64,000 bases of DNA, from NCBI GenBank assembly GCA_042408215.1, contig JAYFMW010000006.1:960001-1024000 (forward strand), read 5' to 3'. Numbering within the stretch: the stretch's first letter is position 1; each line of letters opens with the position of its first letter. Position numbers and translations under genes: made by a program. This DNA is from Microcoleus sp. GTDB lineage: Bacteria; Cyanobacteriota; Cyanobacteriia; Cyanobacteriales; Microcoleaceae. This document shows, in pieces, positions 31,797 through 41,718 of the stretch. The notes beneath the pieces were generated by a model. It was given only the letters and a program-made list of their open reading frames with translations. It did not search any database and had not been told where the DNA came from.

Positions 31797-32516
31797 ATGA
31801 AAAAACATTATATCTGGTTATCCGCAGCAGTTTTGTCTTTATTTTGGTGCGGCGCTGCTAGCGCTACTACTTATATTAATGCCGACACTGGCAAAACTTC
31901 GTTCAACCTCTCCGAAAAAGGGAATAATCCCGGAGGTTTTTATTATACCAAAGTAGGCGATCGCGAATTTTTAGGCCATCTTAAAATTCGAGGTTCTGAA
32001 GGCGCGGCCGGCTCTTACTACTACAACGGAACTTTCCAAGATCGTGCGATCGGTCCCGGCAGAAAAATTGTTTGTTCTGGGGATATCAGCATTGTCAGGT
32101 ATCAAGTTGCCAGGAGCGAATGGGGAGCCGATGTTACTTGGAAGGTGAAGGGAGGAGAAAATTGTCCGGCTGTGGGGCAGACAATTAAAATGAATTTAAT
32201 CGAGCCTTTACCGCGTGCTAATGCTAGCCGCGACTACAATTCTAACAATGCTAATACTTGGCTGACCGAAACTGCTGGTTTAGCAACTTGGCCATTGTGG
32301 CGAATCACCTCGCGGGATGGAGAACTCAACTGTCGCCAGACGCCAAACGGAGCAATTAAACAAGTTTACCGCGCGAATCGAGATACAATTTCCGCTGAAC
32401 TCAGGGGAACAAATGCAATTAGAATTGACAAGGGTAAACCCTGGCTGCTGACAACAAAAGGCTGTTATGTGCGTGCTAATTATCAATACATTCAGCCAAT
32501 TTCTTTGCCGGAGTAA
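31797..32516 (+). CDS. Hypothetical secreted protein
   Basis: Signal peptide (..CGAASA); C-terminal LNCR.TP.G SH3b-like segment. Confidence 0.75.
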   Translation: MKKHYIWLSAAVLSLFWCGAASATTYINADTGKTSFNLSEKGNNPGGFYYTKVGDREFLGHLKIRGSEGAAGSYYYNGTFQDRAIGPGRKIVCSGDISIVRYQVARSEWGADVTWKVKGGENCPAVGQTIKMNLIEPLPRANASRDYNSNNANTWLTETAGLATWPLWRITSRDGELNCRQTPNGAIKQVYRANRDTISAELRGTNAIRIDKGKPWLLTTKGCYVRANYQYIQPISLPE

Positions 32517-32629
32517 GTGACCAATAAGCTGCTGCTTATCATACAGAAATAGTAGTAAGGTGCCCATTGCCCACCCTACAAATAGGGTTGATGCGTCAGT
32601 TTTGTTTTACTTAAAACCAGATTTGGTAT

Positions 32630-34114
32630 TTAGTGACCGATCAGCATAGCTTTTTCTGCGAAATCTTTGCTTTCAGCAGCCTTCGGTTCCTTCAGAATAA
32701 AGACACAAAGGAAGCAGACAACTATACCCGCAATTCCGAGTACCTCAAAAAAGCTGTGGTTGCCTGCAACTGTTTGGGGCAACAAGCTATAAAGGGTGGC
32801 GTAAAGTACAGAGCCGACACTGCCGTAAGCACCGATATTACCGGCAATTTGACCAGTGACTTCTCGTTTAATTAAGGAGGCGATGCCAAAAGTCGCACCT
32901 GCTGCGCCGAAGACGAAGAAGGCACATAACATAGTCATCACAATCACAACTGGCAAATACCAGTTGGCCGTAATTTGACTCATCATTAAATACCCCAATC
33001 CCACTCCGCCTGTCATGACTGTTAGTGTCCATTTGCGGCTACCGATTTTGTCAGAAATTAAGCCTCCGGCTGGACGACTGACCAAGTTCATGAGGGGATA
33101 GGTAGCAGCTAGGGGCCCGGCGATCGCATGATTTAAATTAAAGGTGTGTTCAAAAAATTCTGGTAGCATGGAAACCACAGCGAGCTCTGAACCAAAGCTG
33201 ACTGCATAAGCTAGTTCTAATACAAATACTTGACTGATTTGATAACGTTCATCAGGTTGGTAATGTTTTTGACCGGTGACAACTTCTCGGTTAACTTCCC
33301 AGGCTTTGTAAGCCTGAATAAAATAGAGTGCTGTCAAACTAGCCCAAATGCCGTACATCACATCTGTAGTCAGAAAATTTACTTTTTGCAAGCGCCACAC
33401 AATTAAAGCTAAGGCGCCAAATAGAGGAATATTGGTCATCGACAATGCCCAAAAGCTTTTAGCACTGGTGACTTCCATTGCACCGTTGCGGGCTGGGCGC
33501 TGATAGACTTGGCCGGGAGGAGTGTCTTGAACGTTGCAGTAAAAAATGACTCCGAAAACTGCTGTGACAATGCCGGTGAGGGCGATCGCCAGTCGCCAAT
33601 TTGTTGGCCCGACTGAGAGAAAAGCCGTTCCTGCGGCGATCGCGGGTAACGCTGCTTCTGCGGCAAAAGAGCCAAAGTTGCCCCAACCACCATAGATACC
33701 TTGAGCGAAGCCGATATCTTTTGGGGGAAACCATTCGGCAACTAAACGAATGCCAACCACGAATCCAGCGCCGACTATTCCCATCGCCAGACGGCTCAAA
33801 ACCAACTGATTGAAGTTTTGGGCAAAGGCGAAGGCCAGAGTGGGAAATGCTGCATACACCAGGAGTGAAGAGAAGGTGATGCGAGGCCCGAAGCGATCGA
33901 GCAACATCCCGATAATAATACGTGCCGGAATGGTGAGAGCTAGGTTGCACAGACTGATGATTCTGGCTTGGCTAACAGTCAATCCCAAATCGTGCTGCAC
34001 CGTGGTGCTGAAGGGTGCGTAGTTGAACCAGACTACGAAAGTTAAGAAAAAAGCAAACCAACTCAGGTTCAGAATCCGAAAAGGCCCTCTGAACGACAAA
34101 AGCCCTTGAAACAT
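32630..34114 (-). CDS. nrtP: NarK-family nitrate/nitrite MFS transporter
   Basis: LNLSWFAFFLTFVVWFN, GAGFVVGIRLVAEWF, GIYGGWGNFGS and FGSELAVVSMLP motifs. Confidence 0.92.
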   Translation of the reverse strand: MFQGLLSFRGPFRILNLSWFAFFLTFVVWFNYAPFSTTVQHDLGLTVSQARIISLCNLALTIPARIIIGMLLDRFGPRITFSSLLVYAAFPTLAFAFAQNFNQLVLSRLAMGIVGAGFVVGIRLVAEWFPPKDIGFAQGIYGGWGNFGSFAAEAALPAIAAGTAFLSVGPTNWRLAIALTGIVTAVFGVIFYCNVQDTPPGQVYQRPARNGAMEVTSAKSFWALSMTNIPLFGALALIVWRLQKVNFLTTDVMYGIWASLTALYFIQAYKAWEVNREVVTGQKHYQPDERYQISQVFVLELAYAVSFGSELAVVSMLPEFFEHTFNLNHAIAGPLAATYPLMNLVSRPAGGLISDKIGSRKWTLTVMTGGVGLGYLMMSQITANWYLPVVIVMTMLCAFFVFGAAGATFGIASLIKREVTGQIAGNIGAYGSVGSVLYATLYSLLPQTVAGNHSFFEVLGIAGIVVCFLCVFILKEPKAAESKDFAEKAMLIGH

Positions 34115-34287
34115 ACTAAGTTATCCTAAGAAATTATTCAGAATATAGTGCAAATAGGGTTTATTTACGATCGGTAACGTTTCCATGTCTGTAGTTAGAC
34201 TTAACCGGACTATCTCTGTACGGTTTGAACTGGTTGTCCAGTTTGATCCAGTATCTCGCTGATAGCGCCTCAACCTCTTGCGTCCCC

Positions 34288-34381
34288 ATTCAAGTCGATG
34301 TCTTCAGAGAACTTTGTATACTAGGTAACTTTTTCTTCCGATCGCACAAGCAAACGCATCAATTCGATGCAGATCTTGCAT
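34288..34381 (-). promoter_or_regulatory. Putative NtcA + NtcB-dependent promoter of nrtP
   Basis: GTT-N8-TAC at 34316-34329; a -10-like TTGAAT 22 nt downstream; ATGC-N7-GCAT at 34367-34381. Confidence 0.65.
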
Positions 34382-34540
34382 TTAGTCTTGATTTTAGTAA
34401 TATATACTTATTGCGTTCAAAGATAAAAAAAAGTATATTTGAATACAGAAATTAAATTAAATTTAAAGGCGGTAGGTAAAATGCTTGTACGCTTAACCAA
34501 AATAGAAACTCAGCAAGGCGATCGGAACTCCAGCAGTGCC

Positions 34541-34900
34541 ATGAACAACGGATTGAAGCTTAAATCAAGACTTTTTAGTTTTCTGACTGTATGTGTAGCG
34601 GTGGCTGGATGCTTGGGAACTGCTCCTGGGGCGATCGCCCAGGAAGCTGAACCGCAAGTAAAAGCACAAGCCGAACTCGTCAACAGCACGACAACTCAAC
34701 CTAATGCTGTGCCTCAATTCGATGCTGCTCAGCAGGAAGAAATTTCCCAGATGTTGTTGGGATTTATCTATTTTGTGTTGCCTGTGGGTGTGGCATTAAG
34801 TATCTTTCTGCACGACAAATATGCTCAGAAGCGTTCTACTACTCTCAACCAGCAGATAGAAGTTTTAGAGATTTCCTTCAACCACACTCCTCAACTTTAA
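34541..34900 (+). CDS. Hypothetical membrane-anchored protein
   Basis: Signal peptide (..AIAQE) plus one C-terminal TM helix. Confidence 0.65.
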   Translation: MNNGLKLKSRLFSFLTVCVAVAGCLGTAPGAIAQEAEPQVKAQAELVNSTTTQPNAVPQFDAAQQEEISQMLLGFIYFVLPVGVALSIFLHDKYAQKRSTTLNQQIEVLEISFNHTPQL

Positions 34901-34919
34901 ACGTGAAATACTTTTATTT

Positions 34920-35040
34920 TAAATCCCCGACTTCTTGAAGAAGCCGGGGATTTTGGTATTTTGTCAAATGCTTCACCCCTACATCTTAAAAAAACATAAT
35001 AAACAAATCCCCAACTTCTTTTTTAAGAAGTCAGGGATCT
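34920..35040. repeat. Palindromic repeats ATCCCCGACTTCTTGAAGAAG.CGGGGAT between convergent genes (possible terminator); further copy at 52323-52355
   Basis: Near-perfect palindromes. Confidence 0.7.
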
Positions 35041-35076
35041 AACAGCTATGGCATTTACTGACTAAAAGATTTAGAT

Positions 35077-36174
35077 TTATTCCAAATCTTCTACTTCTAC
35101 ATCTCCATCCTCATCCTCATCCTCAACAGGAGCGACAGAATTAGCAGAAACTACAGCTCCCGTATCAAGTTTTTCCCGCACTAACTTCTCGATCTCATTT
35201 TTAAATTCGGTCTTTTCCTCCATGTACCGAATCACGTTATCGCGTCCTTGAGCAATGTTGTCGCCGTTGTAGCTGTACCAAGAACCTTTTTTCGTAATTA
35301 CTCCCATTTCGTCGGCCAAGTCAGTCAGACAGCCTAAAGTAGAAATGCCTTTGCCAAATACAATGTCAAATTCGGCAATGCGGAAAGGCGGAGCAACTTT
35401 ATTTTTAGCAACTTTAACTTTCGTGCGGTTGCCGTATTCTTCTGTACCTTTTTTCAAGCTTTGAATGCGGCGAATGTCAAGCCGCACGCTGGCGTAGAAT
35501 TTGAGAGCGTTGCCGCCGGTTGTTGTTTCGGGGTTGCCGTAAGTTACGCCGATTTTCTGCCGCAATTGGTTGAGGAAAATGACGGTACAGCCGGATTTGC
35601 CGATGTTGCCGGTGATTTTCCGTAAAGCTTGGCTCATCAAGCGGGCTTGCAAACCCATGTGGGAGTCGCCCATGTCGCCTTCGATTTCGGCGCGGGGGAC
35701 GAGGGCGGCTACGGAGTCTATTACTACGATATCGACGGCGACGGAACGCACGAGTTGATCGACAATTTCCAGGGCCATTTCGCCGGTATCCGGCTGGGAA
35801 ACTAGGAGATTTTCAATATCGACGCCTAAAGCTGAGGCGTAGGTGGGATCGAGGGCGTGTTCGGCATCGACGAAGGCTGCGATACCGCCGGATTTTTGGA
35901 CTTCGGCGATCGCGTGGAGGGCTAAAGTTGTTTTACCGGAACTTTCTGGGCCGTAAATTTCAATGACTCGGCCTTTGGGTAAACCGCCACCTAAAGCGAT
36001 GTCGAGGGTGAGAGCTCCGCTGGGAATGGTTTCTACCCTCATGCGAGTGGCGTCTCCCAATCGGACGATCGACCCTTTGCCAAAGCTACGCTCAATTTGG
36101 GATAGTACCAGATTGAGGGCTTTTTGCTTTTCGGGGTTTTCAGTAATTTTTATAGAGGTTTCTTTTTTTGCCAT
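35077..36174 (-). CDS. recA: Recombinase A
   Basis: [17 protein letters not shown] and [17 protein letters not shown] motifs. Confidence 0.99.
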   Translation of the reverse strand: MAKKETSIKITENPEKQKALNLVLSQIERSFGKGSIVRLGDATRMRVETIPSGALTLDIALGGGLPKGRVIEIYGPESSGKTTLALHAIAEVQKSGGIAAFVDAEHALDPTYASALGVDIENLLVSQPDTGEMALEIVDQLVRSVAVDIVVIDSVAALVPRAEIEGDMGDSHMGLQARLMSQALRKITGNIGKSGCTVIFLNQLRQKIGVTYGNPETTTGGNALKFYASVRLDIRRIQSLKKGTEEYGNRTKVKVAKNKVAPPFRIAEFDIVFGKGISTLGCLTDLADEMGVITKKGSWYSYNGDNIAQGRDNVIRYMEEKTEFKNEIEKLVREKLDTGAVVSANSVAPVEDEDEDGDVEVEDLE

Positions 36175-36637
36175 TTGGGGTACGCGGGTAGGGCCCTTGG
36201 GGAGCTTGTTGATTAACTGTACAACACGTATGTTAGCAGATACATTTAACCCGGTAAATCCAGGATTGCGCCTCGATCTACTGTGTACGGCATATCAGGC
36301 ATCGCTTTTAGCTTGACCGATAGGGAGGTATCTCTCAAAGCTTTCAACAAAATATTGAAAGCGCTATTCCAGAAGTTACGTTTTTGGGAGCTGAGCCGTT
36401 ACGCTTACTACGAAACTTTCTTTTGAGTCCGATGCTTCAGCGCGCTGGTTTTAAACGGTAGCCTATCTTATTATATACCACCAATCTCAGGAACATTGAG
36501 TTTTACTGGTTTCCAGGCAGAGTCTGGGAACCGATGTCCAGAGGGCCTCGAAAAGCTGACATGAAAATTGGAGGCAGAGCCAAAGCATCTGTGTTACCAG
36601 GCTCTTCCTGGTAACGAGTAATCGCCACGAGGCAAAC

Positions 36638-38186
36638 ATAGCATCTACAACACATCAAAACAAATCTGTCGTTAGCGCAGCCCTCGAAGAGGCTCGCAAA
36701 AACTCCCGGTGGCTGCTAGGCTGATTAGCGATCGCCATTGTACTAGGCATCGGATTTCGTGGCTTTGAGCTCGATCGCCAACTTTACGGGCATCAACGAA
36801 GCATACACCTCAATCCGGGCCGCTGGTTTCACCAGGCAAGAAATCGACGACGAACTATTCCAAAATCGGATTTTACCGCGCCGGAATTACCAAAATATCA
36901 GCGAATTAAACCAGGAAGTACAGCAGCAGACACAATCCATGCTTTAGCACTTGAAGACCCACAGCATCCGCCTTTATATTTTTTAATTGCTCGTTTTTGG
37001 ATGCAGAAATTTGGTATTTCTTTAACAGCATCCCGCAGTTTACCAGCACTATTAAGTTTGCTATCCCTGCCTTTAATGTACGCTCGATCTCAAGAACTAT
37101 AGCAGTTCTCAATCTTGGTGAGGTATGCCCTATGCCCTATGCCCTATGCCCTATGCCCTATGCCCTATGCCCTATGCCCTATGCCCTAGTTCCGAGAGCA
37201 CCGCACTGTTACTGAGAAAGGCTATATTTGCCTCGAATTTAACATCGTTATTAGCCACAGCACTGTTAGCTTTATCTCCCTTTGACATCTTATTTGCTCT
37301 GACAGCAAAGCCGTACAGTTTGCTGACAGTATCTTAGCAGTAACAGCAGCTTTAATCTTGTACATTCCTTGGCTCTCGTGCTAGCAACTAATCTTCAACG
37401 AGCCTCAGCTACTACAGATTGGACGCGAGGATATCCCGGATTGCTTGATCTGGTAAAATTGTGTTGAGTTTTACAGCGCTATTTTTTGACCTAAATTTAG
37501 GCTTTGATAGTGTCTGGAATTATCTGGGCAAATTGCCATTTTTACTCTTAATTATAGCAGCTATTTACAAAATTTGCAAACGGAAAACCAGTTCAACTTG
37601 GCTATTTGTTTTAAGAGCAATTTTTGTACCTTTTGTGATGCTGGCTTGGCCGGATCTAATCATCGGTGGCAAAGGTTACGCTGTCAGCCGCTATCTCATT
37701 TATTGCTTTCCGGGAGTGCAGCTAGCTGTTGCTTATTTGCTAGCAAATAGCGTAAAAAATCGGCAGCGGTTCTGGGAATTTACTTGAGCAGCGGTATTTA
37801 CAGCAAGTATAGTATCTTGTGTTGTTAGCGCTTTTTCGGATACTTGGTGGAGCAAAGACTTGAGCTATTTTAATGCTGAAGTCGCCCAAAAGATTAATCC
37901 AGAGGCGATCGCGAATAGGTCGATCAAAGATACAATTGTAATTAGCGATCGCGGTAAGGATTTTACTAACATGGGAGATTTACTTTCCCTGAGTTATTTG
38001 CTTGACAAAAATGTACGGCTGATGCTAATAAGCCAGTCACCCGACATCGAGATGTTGAACACATATTCGGCTCCGCTGGTGTTCCGCCCTTCGGAAAAAT
38101 TGCGATCGGCATTTAAGCGAAATCAACGTCGGTTAGAGCCTATATTGGAATACGCCAGACTTTTTCGAGGGCGGCGAGCTTCCTAG
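36638..38186 (+). pseudogene. Glycosyltransferase family 39 (PMT/ArnT-like) remnant with stops, frameshifts, deletion and a MITE
   Basis: Fragments IVLGIGFR..LDRQLY, EAYTSIRAAGFT, LALEDPQHPPLYFLIARFW, SRSLPAL, LLALSPF and RYLI..FPGVQLAVAYLL lie in shifting frames. Confidence 0.85.
37100..37224. mobile_element. TA-targeting MITE carrying a (TATGCCC)n array
   Basis: Ends TAGCAGTTCTCA / TGAGAAAGGCTA with a TA duplication; removal restores GAA CTA TTT GCC. Confidence 0.75.
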
Positions 38187-38208
38187 AATTTCGAGAGAGC
38201 AAGTAGAG

Positions 38209-38546
38209 ACAGCAGATTCCATGTTTATGAAGTACACCGTGCGATCGTTCGATCCCCCTAGGGACACTAAGCGCGTGCCCATTGGTGTCAACTTAAGCCT
38301 GAAACCCTTGGTATATCTCGCTTTTACCTAAGTCTAGAACCCCCTAAATCCCCCTTAAGAAGGGGGACGAAAGAAAAGACTCCTGTCCCACCCCCTACTC
38401 CCCTTCTTAAGGGGGAGTAGGGGGCAAGAATGCGGGGGGATCTAGATTTAATAGTCAAACAACAGTCTATGACTGGGTTTGACCTTAAGTTGACACCTAT
38501 GGGCATGGCCCTGTCCCTACACTCCATAAACCTGGAATATCCTGTA
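38209..38546. mobile_element. Nested MITEs: TA-type shell containing a CATTGGTGTCAACTTAAG-ended MITE (38280-38501)
   Basis: 18-bp TIRs on the inner element; the shell matches 2909-3017 and the inverted 50705-51055. Confidence 0.8.
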
Positions 38547-38580
38547 TCAATAATTATCTAAAATAGCGGGATAAAAGGAA

Positions 38581-40116
38581 ATGCAAGAGTTAAAAAATGC
38601 TGACTCAGAATACGGGCAGCAATTCCGCAATCTTCAGATAGAACTGCGCGAACGGTGGCATAAAGTAGAAGAATTCGACAGCGGAGATTGTGACATCATC
38701 ATCATTCCTTCTGTCAGCTTAGATCGGAAAGAAATGCAGAAAGTTGAGGGTGCTTACCACTACGAAGAGCGGCATTTATTTTCGTTGATTCGCCTGCGAA
38801 ATCCCCGCACGCGCCTGATTTATATTACTTCCCAGCCGCTGCATCCAATGATCGTTGATTATTACTTGCAATTGCTGCCCGGAATTCCTTTTTCACACGC
38901 GCGCGATCGGCTTTTTCTATTCTCCACTTACGATGCTTCTCCCAAATCTCTCACCCAGAAAATTTTAGAGCGGCCACGGTTGATGGAACGGATTCGTCAA
39001 GCAGTGCGGCCGACAAAATCTTATATGGTTTGTTACAACTCAACGCCCTTAGAGCGCGAGTTATCTGTGAAGTTGGGAATTCCTTTGTGGGCCAGCGATC
39101 CTGATTTGCTCTACTGGGGAACAAAAAGTGGCAGTAGGCAGATTTTTGAAGAATCTGGCGTGCCTTATCCTGACGGTTCCGAGTTAGTTTGGAATGGGGA
39201 AGATTTGGCAAAAGCAGCAGCCAAATTGTGGGAACGCCAGCCACATTTGCAGCGGATGGTAATTAAGCTAAATGAGGGCTTTTCCGGGGAGGGAAATGCG
39301 ATTTTGGAACTGAAGCAGATCGCCCATACAGCACCTTGGGAAAGAGTAAAAGCAATCAGGGATTGTTTTCCACATTTGCGCTTTCAAGCAACGGGGGAAA
39401 CTTGGGAAAATTTCAGCAGCAGAATCCCAGAATTAGGGGCAATTGCCGAAGCATTTATCGAAGGAGCAGAAAAGCGATCGCCAAGCGTTCAAGGGAGAAT
39501 TGTACCCAGTGGCGAAGTAGAAATTCTCTCAACCCATGACCAGATTTTAGGAGGCCCAGACGGTCAAATTTTCTTGGGCTGTCGATTTCCTGCGGACGAA
39601 TCCTATCGGCTGGAATTGCAAGAATTAGGCAGGAAAATCGGGTATAACTTGGCAGAAAAAGGTGCTTTAGAGCAATTTGGCATCGATTATGTGGCTGTGC
39701 GGCAAGAGGACGGCAAATGGGACATTCAAGCAATTGAAATTAACTTACGAAAAGGCGGCACAACTCATCCGTTTATGGCGCTGAAGCTGTTAACAAATGG
39801 TCGGTACGAACGTTCTACAGGTTCATTTTACAGTCAGCAGGGCCGTCCGAAATATTATGTGGCTTCTGATAATTTGAAAAAAGAGCGCTATCGGGGATTG
39901 TTGCCGAATGATTTGATGGATATTATTGCTGATAATCAACTGCACTTTGACAGCGGTACTGAGACTGGTACGGTGTTTCATTTAATGGGTTGTTTGTCGG
40001 AATTTGGGAAATTGGGATTGACAAGTATTGGCAATTCCCCGCAAGAGGCAGAGGAGATTTATAATAAAGTTGTGAAAGTTCTCGATCGAGAAACCTCTGT
40101 CGATTTTAGATTTTAG
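38581..40116 (+). CDS. Peptide ligase PGM1-related ATP-grasp protein
   Basis: HYEER.LFSLIRLRNP, KLNEGFSGEGNA, SPSVQGRI, STHDQILGG and IEINLRKGGTTHP motifs. Confidence 0.88.
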   Translation: MQELKNADSEYGQQFRNLQIELRERWHKVEEFDSGDCDIIIIPSVSLDRKEMQKVEGAYHYEERHLFSLIRLRNPRTRLIYITSQPLHPMIVDYYLQLLPGIPFSHARDRLFLFSTYDASPKSLTQKILERPRLMERIRQAVRPTKSYMVCYNSTPLERELSVKLGIPLWASDPDLLYWGTKSGSRQIFEESGVPYPDGSELVWNGEDLAKAAAKLWERQPHLQRMVIKLNEGFSGEGNAILELKQIAHTAPWERVKAIRDCFPHLRFQATGETWENFSSRIPELGAIAEAFIEGAEKRSPSVQGRIVPSGEVEILSTHDQILGGPDGQIFLGCRFPADESYRLELQELGRKIGYNLAEKGALEQFGIDYVAVRQEDGKWDIQAIEINLRKGGTTHPFMALKLLTNGRYERSTGSFYSQQGRPKYYVASDNLKKERYRGLLPNDLMDIIADNQLHFDSGTETGTVFHLMGCLSEFGKLGLTSIGNSPQEAEEIYNKVVKVLDRETSVDFRF

Positions 40117-40189
40117 ATTTTAGATAGAAACGGAGGACACGGCAGTGCCGTTTCCCTACCCCGATAAATTGTAGGGAAACGGCATTGCC

Positions 40190-40396
40190 CATAGGTGTCA
40201 ACTTAAGCCTGAAACCCTTGGTATCTCTCGCTTTTACCCAAGTCTAGATCCCCCTAAATCCCCCTTAAGAAGGGGAGTAGGGGGTGACTTTGATCGGACT
40301 CCTGTCCCCCCCTTCTTAAGGGGGGTTAGGGGGGATCTGGCCTTAATCGTCAAACAGTAGTCTGTGACAGGGTTTGGCCTTAAGTTGACACCAATG
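40190..40396. mobile_element. MITE with CAT(A/T)GGTGTCAACTTAAG TIRs and a 9-bp TSD, inserted in a REP hairpin
   Basis: TSD GGCATTGCC at 40181-40189 and 40397-40405. Confidence 0.9.
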
Positions 40397-40521
40397 GGCA
40401 TTGCCGTGTCCTGATTGTGGGTAATATTAATTCCCATGCGACCGGATTTGATATCACTACGATCAATAATTCATCCCTGTATCTGTGTCAAAATCCTTGT
40501 GGTGCTTTCCTTCTGCTATAA

Positions 40522-41130
40522 CTAATTTTTAGCGGGATAAAGGGGCGAAGGGTCGATGGAACCTGTGCGATTGAGAGGCCAAAAACGCACAATTGCCCTA
40601 CCGATAATATTTTGCTTGGGTACATAGCCCCAATAGTGACTATCGCAGCTTTGGTTACGGTTGTCGCCTAGCACCAAGTAAGAATTTGGAGATACCACTA
40701 CAGGCCCGTAGGGATACTGCGGAATTTCTTCAATATATTTTTCCTGTAGCGGTTGCTTGTTGATATAAACTTTTCCCTCTCTAACTTCCACGCTGTCCCC
40801 TGGAAGTCCGATTACTCGCTTGATGTAGGCATCTTTGATCGGCGGCGGCTGTCCCGTACACAAGCTGGCCGGGTCAGGAGGCATAAATACGATAATATCT
40901 CCTCGCTGAGGATCTTGGAATCGATAACTCACCTTATCAATAATTAAGCGATCGTTAATTTGTAGGGTTGGGAGCATTGAGCCTGTGGGAATGTAGCGAG
41001 CTTCAGCAACGAGAGTGCGAATGCCAAAGGCTAAGACTGCTGCTAAGCCGATCGTCTTAATTGCTTCTATCCAAGGGTTTTCGGTGTCTTGCGGGGGTTT
41101 TTGGTCCGCTGACTTGTCTAAACGAGTCAT
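40522..41130 (-). CDS. lepB: Signal peptidase I
   Basis: [22 protein letters not shown] and GDNRNQS.DSH.WG motifs; one of several cyanobacterial paralogs. Confidence 0.95.
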   Translation of the reverse strand: MTRLDKSADQKPPQDTENPWIEAIKTIGLAAVLAFGIRTLVAEARYIPTGSMLPTLQINDRLIIDKVSYRFQDPQRGDIIVFMPPDPASLCTGQPPPIKDAYIKRVIGLPGDSVEVREGKVYINKQPLQEKYIEEIPQYPYGPVVVSPNSYLVLGDNRNQSCDSHYWGYVPKQNIIGRAIVRFWPLNRTGSIDPSPLYPAKN

Positions 41131-41502
41131 AAAACTATTCGGTAAGTGGGAAACTCAGAGTCTTTAGATCTGAGAGGGAAACTTCAAGGGGGTTGAAACC
41201 GCCTTGAATCCCCTTTCGGGGTTGGAGGGGTATGGTTGCCCCTCCTTTCGAGGTATGGTTGCCTCGGTCTCCCTTACGGGGTGATGTTAGCTTCGCCAAT
41301 GTTATCAGGGCTTGCGCCGGCTTGCAGCACTATCTCTGTTACCTTAAGACTGTTTAACCACAAGCGACAGAGCAGGGGACTAGCTTCGCATCCACAGGGT
41401 GTCGTGACCCAAATAACGTAGACCTCGAAGGTCTTAGGCTGGTCAGAATGGCTTACTTGATTTCTCTTGCAAGCCCAATCTCTTTAGAGTTGGGTTCCTG
41501 AC
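41131..41502 (-). ncRNA. Stand-alone omegaRNA (HEARO-type) mini-element with no IscB/IsrB ORF
   Basis: Minus strand reads GTCAGGAACCC..GGGCTTG..TGACCAGCCT..CTACGTT..GACACC..GGATGC.AAGCTAGTCC..CTCTGTC..GTTAAACAG..GTGC..AACATTGGCGAAGCTAACATCACC..GAAAGGAG, then a terminal hairpin and ATGA. Confidence 0.85.
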
Positions 41503-41718
41503 AGGGTATTGTAGTCACTAGGCTGAATACAAATTCTAGCAGAAGTCAGAAGTCAGAAGTCAGAAATTGATGTAAAAATGCAATAAAATTAATGGTTTCA
41601 GCAATTAAAAACCTTCTAATTGTTGAGAGGGAGTTTCAATTCCTCTTGTGTTGGCGGAACTGTTTAAGGATAAAATATTGCCATGCTTGCACGCACTTTA
41701 CTCAATTAATTATATCTT

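Noticed and set aside
34161..34289. 42-codon uORF in the nrtP leader
   Set aside because: Its ATG overlaps the predicted -10 box, upstream of the predicted TSS; no RBS or homology support
36175..36250. LexA box upstream of recA
   Set aside because: Only partial matches to the cyanobacterial RGTAC-N3-DGTWCB consensus
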